Source: Cyanophyceae cyanobacterium
GTDB lineage: Bacteria; Cyanobacteriota; Cyanobacteriia; Cyanobacteriales; Laspinemataceae
Assembly (NCBI GenBank): GCA_038321985.1
Contig: JBBQFN010000022.1
Coordinates: 1 to 64,000, forward strand
DNA: 64,000 nt
Direction of reading: 5' to 3'
Shown one piece after another: positions 1-9,900 of this stretch; position 1 is the stretch's first letter, and the number at the start of each line of letters is the position of its first letter. Both the position numbers and the translations under genes were made by a program. The notes under the pieces are model-generated. The model ran no database searches. It had not been told where the DNA came from and worked only from the letters and a program-made list of their open reading frames with translations.

Positions 1-139
1 AGTATTTTGGGGATTTATGAGACTCGTTTTGGTCACTTTTAGAGCTAGAAGCCTTGACTTGTAAGGCTTTCAGTTCCTGGGCTGGGGAGCGAGTACAAAA
101 CTAATTAGAAAAACTTATCACCAAAAAGTCTGAAGAGCC
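1..139. mobile_element. End of an ISL3-family-like IS or MITE (runs off the left edge)
   Basis: Minus strand from 139 reads GGCTCTTCAGACTTTTTGGTGATAAG, a GGCTCT-type end resembling ISL3 termini. The DUF1524 reading frame is open from 140 but hits TGA at 131-133. Confidence 0.55.
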
Positions 140-388
140 CAAAATTTTACAGAAAAGCAACAGGATGAAATGGTCTATCGCCTGGGAAATATGACGCTTC
201 TGGAAGCGGCGTTGAATCGGGAAGTTGGCAATCAACCTTATGTTAGGAAGCAAGAAAAATATCAGGAAAGTAAGTACAGTCTAACTCAGGACATTCAAGG
301 GGAAGACTGGACGCCGGATGCGATCGCCAATCGACAGCAGCATCTAGGGCGTCTGGCGGTTCAGGTTTGGCGTGCAGATTTTGCCTAA
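140..388 (+). pseudogene. C-terminal fragment of a DUF262/DUF1524 (GmrSD-like HNH) protein, cut off by the element at 1-139
   Basis: QNFTEKQQDEMVYRLGNMTLLEAALN...WTPDAIANRQ..LA..VW resembles the DUF1524 LGNLTLL...N and WT...I..R...LA...W tail; no N-terminus present. Confidence 0.7.
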
Positions 389-448
389 GCTGATATCTGA
401 TCCAAATTAAGATTGATTCACTTAAGTTAAGCCCGATCGCCGCCCAAC

Positions 449-1273
449 TTATCTCCCTCCTTTAAATAAGGAAAAAAAGTGACCCACTGGACCGGGACCT
501 TGACCAATTTCTAGGGCGAATTGTAAGGCGTCAGTTACATAGTTTTTGGCATTTTTGACCGCTGTCAGAGAATCTTGACCTAATGCTAAATTGGCCGCGA
601 TCGCAGCGGACAAAGTGCATCCAGTACCATGAGTATTCCGAGTTTCTACCGTCACGGTTCTCAAGATTTCTAGGCAGTCGCCATCAAACCAGACGTCCAC
701 ACCGCGCAATTCTCCCGCCATGCCGCCTCCTTTGACCAAAACCCCTGGGACTCCGCACTTGTAGATTTGCTGAGCGGCAGCCCGCATATCATCTAGAGTA
801 TTAATGGGTAATCCGCTTAGAATCTGTGCCTCGTAGCGATTGGGGGTGACGATCGCCCCTAACGGCACTAGGACATCCCGTAATAATGTCACCGCTTCAT
901 CATCAATCAGTTGTGCGCCGGTGCGGGATACCATCACCGGATCGACTACTAAATTCGGTAGATGCAGGGACTCCACTCGTTCCACCACTGCTGCGATAAT
1001 CTCCCGATTCAGCAGCATCCCGGTTTTTACCGCCTGCACCCTCATATCCTGGACTACCGCGTTAATTTGAGCGGCGATCGCCTCGATAGGCAATTCATCC
1101 ACCCGGGTCACCCCCATCGTATTTTGAGCTGTGATGCAGGTAAGGGCGCTTGTTCCGTGGACGCCGTGAAAGGCAAAGGTTTTCAAATCCGCTTGAATCC
1201 CTGCACCCCCACCACTATCAGAACCGGCGATCGTTAAAGCGACTACAATCGGGGAGTGGGAAATAGCTTGCAT
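449..1273 (-). CDS. thiD: Hydroxymethylpyrimidine/phosphomethylpyrimidine kinase
   Basis: ALTIAGSDSGGGAGIQADLKTF, VVDPVMVS and NTHGTGCTLSAAIAA motifs. Confidence 0.97.
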   Translation of the reverse strand: MQAISHSPIVVALTIAGSDSGGGAGIQADLKTFAFHGVHGTSALTCITAQNTMGVTRVDELPIEAIAAQINAVVQDMRVQAVKTGMLLNREIIAAVVERVESLHLPNLVVDPVMVSRTGAQLIDDEAVTLLRDVLVPLGAIVTPNRYEAQILSGLPINTLDDMRAAAQQIYKCGVPGVLVKGGGMAGELRGVDVWFDGDCLEILRTVTVETRNTHGTGCTLSAAIAANLALGQDSLTAVKNAKNYVTDALQFALEIGQGPGPVGHFFSLFKGGR

Positions 1274-1381
1274 ATCAGAAATCTTTTAGCCCCGTGTCAT
1301 GAACATACCCAAAAAGAATCAACTGCTCACCCAGCAGGCAGGGTCAGCAGCGATTAATCCCAATTCATTTTTCCTGAATTT

Positions 1382-2665
1382 TTATCGCGGAGGGCGACGC
1401 TTTTGCAGGAAATCGGGAATATCCAATCCCGGAGGTTTCGCGCCTCGGTTCGGATCTGAAGGCGGTGGTGGCGGCGGTGTCGCTGCCGGAGGTTTTGGAA
1501 TAAACCGTTGCGGTTGCGGCGCGGGGGTCACTCTTGATATTGGCGTCCCAGTGTGGGGTTCTGAGGAAAAGCCCGTTGCAATCACAGTAATGCGAATTTC
1601 CCCTTGGAGGCGTTCGTCAATCACTGCACCAAAAATAATATTGGCATTGGGATCAACCACTTCGTACACCGTTTCTGCTGCCGCGTTCACCTCATGCAAG
1701 GTCAAATCAGTGCCGCCGGTAATATTTAAGACCACACCTTTAGCCCCTTCAATCGAAGATTCGAGTAAGGGAGAAGAAATCGCACTGAGGGCCGCTTCTC
1801 TGGCCCGGGACTTGCCCGAACCGACGCCGATTCCCATTAAGGCAGACCCAGCATCGGCCATTACTGCTCGCACATCAGCAAAGTCCACGTTAACCAGACC
1901 TGGAATCGTAATAATATCTGAAATCCCCTGAACCCCTTGGCGCAGGATATCATCAGCTACGCGAAATGCTTCTTGAACCGGAGTTTGTTCCGAAATCACA
2001 GAGAGCAACTTATCGTTCGGGATCACGATTAGGGTATCTACGCGACTTTGGAGGGCGGCAATTCCTTCTTCCGCTTGGTTCGTGCGCCGACGGCCCTCGA
2101 ACATAAACGGACGGGTCACCACCCCCACGGTTAGCGCCCCTACTTCCTTAGCTGCTTCGGCAACGATTGGGGCAGCACCAGTGCCGGTCCCACCCCCCAT
2201 GCCTGCGGTGATGAAAACGAGGTCGGAATGTTCTAGAGCATGAGCAATCTCATCGCGAGACTCCTCTGCTGCTTTTTGACCGATGGCAGGATTGCCACCT
2301 GCGCCGAGACCTCTTGTCAGTTTTTGTCCGACTTGTAGGCGTTTGGTTGCCGTGGATTGGACTAGAGCTTGGGCATCGGTATTCACCGCCCAAAATTCTA
2401 CTCCCGAGACTTCACTTGCAATCATGCGGTTGACAGCATTGCATCCACCGCCGCCTACGCCAATGACTTTAATTTTGGCTATGCTACTCGGCACAATATC
2501 GTTACTCCTGGTTTCTTCCCCGGGGAGCCGGTTATCGCGATTTTGACCCAATATTAACCCTGTGTTGTTAAAAGGATTGGAGTTGTCCACTGCCACGGGA
2601 AAACCTGTCGGTTCTTCAGAATGAGGGCTTTCATTTCCAACCCCTAGTTTACTGTTAAGTGTCAT
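1382..2665 (-). CDS. ftsZ: Cell division protein FtsZ
   Basis: [17 protein letters not shown] tubulin signature, C-terminal LDIPDFL core peptide, cyanobacterial N-terminal extension. Confidence 0.99.
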   Translation of the reverse strand: MTLNSKLGVGNESPHSEEPTGFPVAVDNSNPFNNTGLILGQNRDNRLPGEETRSNDIVPSSIAKIKVIGVGGGGCNAVNRMIASEVSGVEFWAVNTDAQALVQSTATKRLQVGQKLTRGLGAGGNPAIGQKAAEESRDEIAHALEHSDLVFITAGMGGGTGTGAAPIVAEAAKEVGALTVGVVTRPFMFEGRRRTNQAEEGIAALQSRVDTLIVIPNDKLLSVISEQTPVQEAFRVADDILRQGVQGISDIITIPGLVNVDFADVRAVMADAGSALMGIGVGSGKSRAREAALSAISSPLLESSIEGAKGVVLNITGGTDLTLHEVNAAAETVYEVVDPNANIIFGAVIDERLQGEIRITVIATGFSSEPHTGTPISRVTPAPQPQRFIPKPPAATPPPPPPSDPNRGAKPPGLDIPDFLQKRRPPR

Positions 2666-2863
2666 TGGTATTGGGAACGGTAGAGATACAACTTCTGAAA
2701 TGAGGGCAGATCAAAGTCAACTATAGGCTATGTTGCCCAAGAATACCAACTTTAACACTGATTAGTTTTGACAATCTGTCAAGGGTAATCATACCGACCC
2801 CCGGTGAAACTGAACTTCTCCCCCAACTTGCTAGGTCTTTGAGTCGGAGATTTTTCTCTCCAT

Positions 2864-3751
2864 TCAAGGCTTGGGGACAGGTTCAGGGGGAGTGACGCCT
2901 ATCCGTTGCAGGGAAGGGCGATCAGGATTGGTCAGGTCAATATAAGCAATTTGGGTTAAATCAATCTGATTCGGTAAATCCCCCATCTGACCTAAACGGG
3001 TGACCTGTTCCCCAAACCTAGGGCCGTAAGGCCCACAATGGACCAACCCGAGTTCGGTTCTTAAAATCAAATTTGCAGGGTTCTGCCAATCAATTTCCTG
3101 AATTTTGATGGGGCTGCGACGAATAACGGGATACAGGGACTTCCAGTTGGATTGGTACAAATCGAGGGGGCCGACTACCCTAAGTTGGGGCAGTTGCACC
3201 GTGGGATCTAGGGAGGTGTAGCTTTCCAAGGGCATCCACGTTCCCTCTTCGTCGAGCAAACCCACGGATGGTGTCCCTGGGGACCCTACCGCCGGATTGG
3301 GGCTGAGTCCGGGGGGAGGGGTTGGCGGGACCCCCGCTGCGATCGCGCTTCCTTCACTAGCAATTGCCACGGGATACCTTTCGTGGATGCTTACCTTCAG
3401 TCCCGGGGGAAAAAGCTGCCTAGAAACCGTTGCTTTGGCGATCGGACCTTGAGATTCTAACTCTCGGGCTAACTCTTGCGGAGGAAGCTGTAGCAGGGAT
3501 TGGGGATACGAAAGTGGCAACAGGGAGCGAACCGCCCGTGCGGAAAGAAATTTATTCCCCTCAATTTCTACTTGTTCAGGGGTGTCAATGATTAAAGCCG
3601 GTGAGGTGGTCGTCCACAATAAAAATCCGGTGAGGGAACTGACTGCTAGCAGTTGCCAACCGGCTTGGAACACTTTCTGACGCCGCGATCGCCTCAATTG
3701 ACGACGCCGACGCACTAACTCGGACTGAGAGACCGATCCGATGGTATCCAT
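2864..3751 (-). CDS. ftsQ: Cell division protein FtsQ/DivIB
   Basis: Arg-rich N-terminus, one TM helix, POTRA-like segment (IEGN...ERYPVA), C-terminal YIDL; directly upstream of ftsZ. Confidence 0.9.
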   Translation of the reverse strand: MDTIGSVSQSELVRRRRQLRRSRRQKVFQAGWQLLAVSSLTGFLLWTTTSPALIIDTPEQVEIEGNKFLSARAVRSLLPLSYPQSLLQLPPQELARELESQGPIAKATVSRQLFPPGLKVSIHERYPVAIASEGSAIAAGVPPTPPPGLSPNPAVGSPGTPSVGLLDEEGTWMPLESYTSLDPTVQLPQLRVVGPLDLYQSNWKSLYPVIRRSPIKIQEIDWQNPANLILRTELGLVHCGPYGPRFGEQVTRLGQMGDLPNQIDLTQIAYIDLTNPDRPSLQRIGVTPPEPVPKP

Positions 3752-4465
3752 CCTAACCGTTTAAGCTAACTGGAACAAAACGACATAAACCCAAAGTTTG
3801 CTCTTGATCCCGGAACAACCTTCACAGGTGCAAGGCAATACTTTTGTGATGAAGTACAGACTTCTGTTCAACCGGGAATTCTAAAGTTAGCAGGTTTGGG
3901 TATGCCCAGGGATGTTTGGCCCCGGTTTTGTTCACCTATTTTAGCCCCTCAATAACCGCTTTTGACGGGGGATATTCTAGGTTCACCCGGGCCAACCCCT
4001 TCGACTCTCCTTTCTTGAATCCCACTGAAACCCTAACTTGTCTTGGCTTCCAGGCTATTTTTACCCCTTGTAAAAACCAACGCCCCCTTACTTAATCTGT
4101 ACAGGCAAAGGTTTGGACCCCCGCCAGTCTATTGGACTTGATCCTCAAGTCAGAACCCTAGTGCTGGCTTAACGGACCCCTAACTTTTGGAGGTAGGCGG
4201 CTGTGCTCCAAGTCTAGAGTCGGGACGTAAAAATGCCCACCATCCCTCAAAAATTCTGACTTCTGGGATAGGACTCAATAAATCCCTGCTCCGCAATGAC
4301 CCATCCTTTCCATACTGAGTCGGTGGATGGTAAGTGAATATAACCCCTGAAATGATAAGTTAATCATGATAAGTAACCCTAAGTAATCCAAATTGTTACG
4401 GAACAAGAACCTATACTGGAGAAATATCTAGAGAAGGGATCAGCCATTGGGGAGAGTTAATTAAC

Positions 4466-5848
4466 ATGAAACTGGATTTACAGAGATTTTATAAAGCTTG
4501 TAATCCTAGTAAAGTCTTGGATATGGCGATTGAGGAGGACCGAGAATACTATATTGATTTCTCCTCCGTTCGCGGCGGTAATATTATCCGAGAACTAGGT
4601 CGAACTATTAGCTTACTCTCTGGGGACGAACCCACCTGCCAGTTATTTACTGGACATATTGGCTGTGGCAAATCAACTGAATTGTTTCGGCTCAAGAAAG
4701 ACTTAGAAGCGGAAGGATACCACGTTGTCTATTTTGAGTCTTCTCATGATTTGGATATGGCGGATGTGGATATCACGGAAATTCTATTAAGTATTGCCCG
4801 TCAAGTTTCGGAAAGTTTAGAGAAAATAAACCTTTGCGTTGAACCCAAACGGGGGTTCCGGGATTTGCTCAAAGGAGCGGCTGACCTGTTGCAAACTCCG
4901 ATCGAACTCAGCGGCGAAGCCGCGCTACCAGGTATCGGGACGTTTAGTGCTAGCAGTGAGGGAGAAGTAGGCTTTTCCTTGCCAGGTGGCATTGGTTCAA
5001 TTACGGCCAAAGCCAGACATAGCCCCCGCTTACGACAACAGTTGCGACAATATTTAGAACCACGCACCAATAATATTTTGGAAGCAATTAATAGTGAATT
5101 GCTTTACCCCGCAACCCAGATTCTCAACCAGCGGGGCAAAAAAGGATTGGTGGCGATTGTAGATAATTTAGACCGGGTAGATAGTGTTCGTAAACCTTCG
5201 GGGCGCACTCAACCCGAATATCTATTTGTTGACCGGGGTGAGCAATTACGAAAGCTCAATTGTCATGTGGTTTATACCATTCCCCTGTCGTTAATTTTTT
5301 CTAATGACTTGGGCCGATTAAGTTCTCGATTTGGAGTAAAACCAAAGGTTTTACCGATGGTTCCTGTACGAGAACGAGATGGGAGTGTTTATGCCGATGG
5401 GATGAAGTTACTCAGAGATATGGTACTTGCCCGTGCGTTTCCTCATACTCCGGCATCACAACGAGAAGAAATGATTGCCTCGGTATTTGACTCTTCGGAA
5501 ACGTTAGATCGGTTGTGCAGTGTCAGTGGTGGTCATGTCCGTAATTTACTCGGACTGCTTTATAGCTGCCTTCAGTTACAAGACCCTCCGTTTTCGCGTC
5601 CCTGTCTTGAAAATGTCATTAAAGAATATCGGGATGATTTGATTGCCGCGATTACCGATGAGGAGTGGGAGTTGTTATTTCAAGCGTTGGAACAAAAGCA
5701 CGTCCAAGGGGATGAGGATTATCAACTTTTGTTGCGAAGTATGTTTTTGTTTGAGTATCGCGATCGCGATGGACGGTGGTATTGGATTAATCCTGCCCTA
5801 GCAGAAGCCCCGAAATTTAAGGAATGGATGTCGGAGTATCCCGCCTAA
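4466..5848 (+). CDS. P-loop ATPase (AAA/KAP-like cyanobacterial family)
   Basis: Walker A GHIGCGKST, Walker B VAIVDNLDR, SGGHVR sensor-like motif. Confidence 0.85.
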   Translation: MKLDLQRFYKACNPSKVLDMAIEEDREYYIDFSSVRGGNIIRELGRTISLLSGDEPTCQLFTGHIGCGKSTELFRLKKDLEAEGYHVVYFESSHDLDMADVDITEILLSIARQVSESLEKINLCVEPKRGFRDLLKGAADLLQTPIELSGEAALPGIGTFSASSEGEVGFSLPGGIGSITAKARHSPRLRQQLRQYLEPRTNNILEAINSELLYPATQILNQRGKKGLVAIVDNLDRVDSVRKPSGRTQPEYLFVDRGEQLRKLNCHVVYTIPLSLIFSNDLGRLSSRFGVKPKVLPMVPVRERDGSVYADGMKLLRDMVLARAFPHTPASQREEMIASVFDSSETLDRLCSVSGGHVRNLLGLLYSCLQLQDPPFSRPCLENVIKEYRDDLIAAITDEEWELLFQALEQKHVQGDEDYQLLLRSMFLFEYRDRDGRWYWINPALAEAPKFKEWMSEYPA

Positions 5849-6312
5849 ACTGGCTTTGTCTCCCTTTGTCCCGATCTTTTTTATCTTCCCCTGAACACTG
5901 TGATTGCTTGGGTTGAAGTCTCACCCCTGGGGTGAAAAAATCTCCCGAAGTGGGGAGATCGCTTACCCATCGTTGGCAGATAGGTTGAAGGAGATCAAAG
6001 GTTACAAACTTTATCAAAAGTTTAGCTAAAGAGCTTAACGCTCAAATGCTGGGCAAAAGGGAAACAGTTCACCCCGGGTTCAATACAGATAAAAAGATAT
6101 TTGTCAAGAGAAGAGTGAATTTTTCACTCTTCCTCCCTCCTTGAGAATGAATTATAAAAATTTGATTAAAAAAAGGAAAGATTCCGGGTTATAAAACAGT
6201 TTTTATTTTCATTCGTTTCGCCCGTTATTTTATCTGAATGACTGCTATCCCCCACATAGAAAATCACTATCTTAGATTTTTTGCCCGGGTGGTTTGAGTG
6301 GGATTATTGAAT

Positions 6313-6340
6313 TTGACAAGAGTAAAAAAAGGTTTATGAT
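6313..6340 (+). promoter_or_regulatory. Sigma70-like promoter
   Basis: TTGACA-N16-TATGAT within the 1.1-kb spacer. Confidence 0.4.
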
Positions 6341-6970
6341 TAAGACCTGAATCTCCTTTAAATGGTGTCTCTTACCCTTGAAATCACCGATGACAGTAAC
6401 ACTCTGGAGATAAAACTGGGTTGATAGTTAATTCCGAAGTCTGCTTATTTGGGTCGGGTCAATCCCCCCTAGGGGTTTCTCCCTCCACCCCTTGTTTTCA
6501 ATGGTTTTAAAGAGCCTCTATGATTGAGATACTAGACAAAAGGTCACGGATTAAGGGTTAAAAACCCCAATCAGGATTGAGTTATCTCGTCCTGACATTG
6601 CTCCGGCTCAAAACCGGAAGATTATTATCCAACCCGAGAAAAATTCCCGGCTTCTTAATCCCCGATCGCTAGCCTGGAAATCCGGAGGAGGAGTTGATCG
6701 GCCTCTATTTTAAATTACCAGCAAAGAAAGACTCTTTTATCTGTAAACTAGAAACCGGGCTTTTAAGCCCAACGGCCAGGGATTAAACCTGGGGATCGGG
6801 TTCCCCCGTTACTGCTTTTGGGCAAAAAGTAAAGAATCAGGGCAGCCGAAAGTCCAACCCAAACCTATTAATCAGGGGTAGGCAAAATAGGCAAACGATA
6901 GGCAAAGGATAGTTTGGAGTGGTCACTTGATATTAATTTGGCTTTTCAAGAGAGCAAACCCACAAAAGTT

Positions 6971-9900
6971 ATGACCGACCTCGACCAACCCATTGAATGT
7001 TCCGTCTATAACGAGCGATCCTTACAGACGTTGGTCAGAGCGATCGCCCTGTCCCAAGGAAATTTTTCCTTGATTTTAGTGCGCTGCAATTACGTTACAT
7101 TGCAGGCGAGCATGGTAGAACGCCTTAAATCCCTCTGTCAAGAAATTTCTGAGGGAGGACGTTCTGTACATTCTCTAGTTCTGCCTAAAACGGTCAGCAC
7201 CCTTTACAGCACCCTTGTGGAATGTCTGGGGAACAAGCAACCCCTAGCGGTGATGATCTTTGGGTTGGATTGCACCACGGGTTTAGAACAGTTGCTCGTT
7301 TCGGCGAATCAGGTTCGGGATGAGTTTCGGAACAGTTTTCCCTTTCCCCTGATTTGGTGGGTAACGGAGGAGGTTCTGGCTTCTCTGATTCGGTTTGCAC
7401 CGGATTTTAAAAGTTGGGCGGCCACCTCTATTAAATTTGAGATGGAAACCCAAAGCTTACTGGAAGTCCTGGACAAACAAGCGGGGAGTCTGATTCCGCA
7501 CCTATTAGCGCAAGGAGCAAATGCTAGCGGGTATGAATGGTGTATTCCCCACAGTCTGGGACCAAGCACCCGCAAGGAACTAGAATCGGCGGTTAAAGAT
7601 TTGCAGGGTCGGGGGGTTCCGTTAGATCCCCAGCTATCCGCCAGCGTGCAGTTTGTAATGGGTAGAGATGAGTTTTGCTGCGATCGCCTCGATAGCGCGG
7701 AAGCTCATTATCACGAAAGTTTGACTTTATGGCAGCAAATCGCTGGGGGTTCAACTTTATGGGACCCGGAACAGAAGACGCAAGCCATCACCCCCTTTTC
7801 CATTTCATCCCCGGACCTGGAACGCCTCGGGCTGTTGTGGTTTCACTTGGGATTGTTGTATTGTCGCAAAGCCGAACTCTACCAGGCGCAAAGTCAGCAA
7901 CACCTGGCGGAAGCCGAATCCTATCTGGATCGGGCTTTGAGCTTGTTTGAGTCAGGCGATCGCTTAGATTTTCTAGCTCAATTTAGCCCCCTATTAGGCA
8001 AGGTTTTAGCAAGGCTCCAGCACTGGGAGCGATTAGCAGTTCAGGTTAAAAAAACGGTGGATTTGCATGAAAAGCAACCCGTGCAATTAGCCCGAGACTA
8101 TGGGTTTCTAGCGGAAGTCGCCTATGCTAAGGAGGATTGGAATGGGTCTAAGGATTATGCCCAAAAGGCAATCACTTCTTTAGCCTTAGCTTCGGTACCT
8201 GAACGACAAGAACAGGGATTGTACTTGTATCTGCTAGCGCGGGCCACTGTACCGGAATTGAGTTCTTTGGAACCCGCAACAACCCAAGGAAAGTTAAAGG
8301 ATGCTGCCCCCTCTTGGAACCAACAGTCCCAAGCGGCGATCGAAATTCTGAATTTAGCGCAACAAGTTAGCGAACCGGAACGAGATCCACAACTTTACAT
8401 TTCAATTTTGAAGCTCCTGCGATCGCTCTATTTCGAGCACCGGGAGTATGTAGATGCCTTCCGCCTCAAACAAGAACAACGCTCTATCGAAACCCTCTAT
8501 GGCTTCCGGGCTTTTGTCGGGGCCGGCTTGCTGCAACCCCAAACCCCAGCGCGTCCTCAACCCATCAATCAGACTGCCTTAAGTGGACTGGCCCCGAAGC
8601 ATTCTGACTTTTTGGGACTTCCCCAAGAAATAGCTGCGGCAGGTCGTCAGCAACATATTGAGTGCTTGCTCGAACGAATGACTCGCGCCGATAAAAAACT
8701 AACGATTTTGTATGGGGACTCTGGGGTGGGCAAATCCTCCTTGGTGAATGCGGGATTCGTTCCAGCATTAGCGGGACGGGCGATCGGCGATCGCCTTGCC
8801 TTGCCTGTTGTCCTGCGGTCCTATACCGATTGGGTGACCACCCTCTCCAAACGCCTTAATGAAGGTCTTCGCCAGACCCTGGGTGCTACCCCAGAACTAA
8901 ATCCAGAGTGGCCGCACTTAGAGGGGACCGCCCTCAGTGGGGACAGCCCCACGGAGGAGAGCCTAACTTCCCCCTCCCCTAAAGAAGCGGCTTTATCGCT
9001 GCTGCGCGGTAATGTTAACCGAAATCTGCTCACGGTCCTGGTTTTTGACCAATTTGAAGAGTTTTTCTTTGTTAATAAAACTCCCGAAAATCGCCAGGAA
9101 TTTTATCGATTTTTACAAATCTGCCTAGATATTCCGTTTGTAAAAGTCATCCTTTCCTTAAGAACTGATTTTTTACATTATTTATTAGATTGCGAACGGT
9201 TATGCTATCTGGATGCTATTAATAACGATATTCTAAGTAAAGAAATTCGGTATCGATTAAGTGATTTTTCAACCTCTCAGGCCGTCGAGGTGATCCAGCG
9301 CTTAACCGAACGTTCTCAATTTTACTTAGAAACTGAACTGATTGAGGCATTAGTTCAGGATTTAGCGAATGAAACGGGTCAGGTGCGCCCAATTGAATTA
9401 CAACTTGTTGGTGCTCAACTGCAAGATGACGAAGAAAAAATCACCACCTTAGAACAGTACCAAAAGCTGGGCGATCGCCCCAAAGAAATCCTGATTGCGC
9501 GATCGCTCGTGCAGGTGATCCGCGACTGTGGACCAGATAATGAAAAACCCGCCTGGGAAGTCCTGTACGGTCTCACCAACCAAAACAACACCCGACCCCT
9601 ACGCAGTCAAGAAGAGTTAGCCGCCTCTGGAGATGTCACCCCCGAACAACTCGATTTAATTTTAAAAATTCTTGAAGGAGCCGGTTTAGTCTTTATCCAC
9701 CGAGAAGAATCGGGCGATCGCTATCAACTCGTCCATGACTATCTCGTTCACCCCGTCCGCCAAAAATACGAAACTGATTTTGGTCCCGAGGCTCGTTTGG
9801 TCAAGGCAGAAGAAGCCAAAAAAATGACTCAAGCGGAACTCGAAAAAAGCAATAAACAGCTTAGAAGTCAGCGCGGTTTTTTGGGGTTATTAACCATCTT

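Noticed and set aside
1274..1381. TPP riboswitch before thiD
   Set aside because: Short spacer with only a hairpin after ftsZ; no CUGAGA core.
1299..1931. 210-aa plus-strand ORF and many other short ORFs overlapping known genes
   Set aside because: Antisense or alternate-frame shadows of ftsZ, actP, glgP, rbcL and others, with no recognisable motifs.
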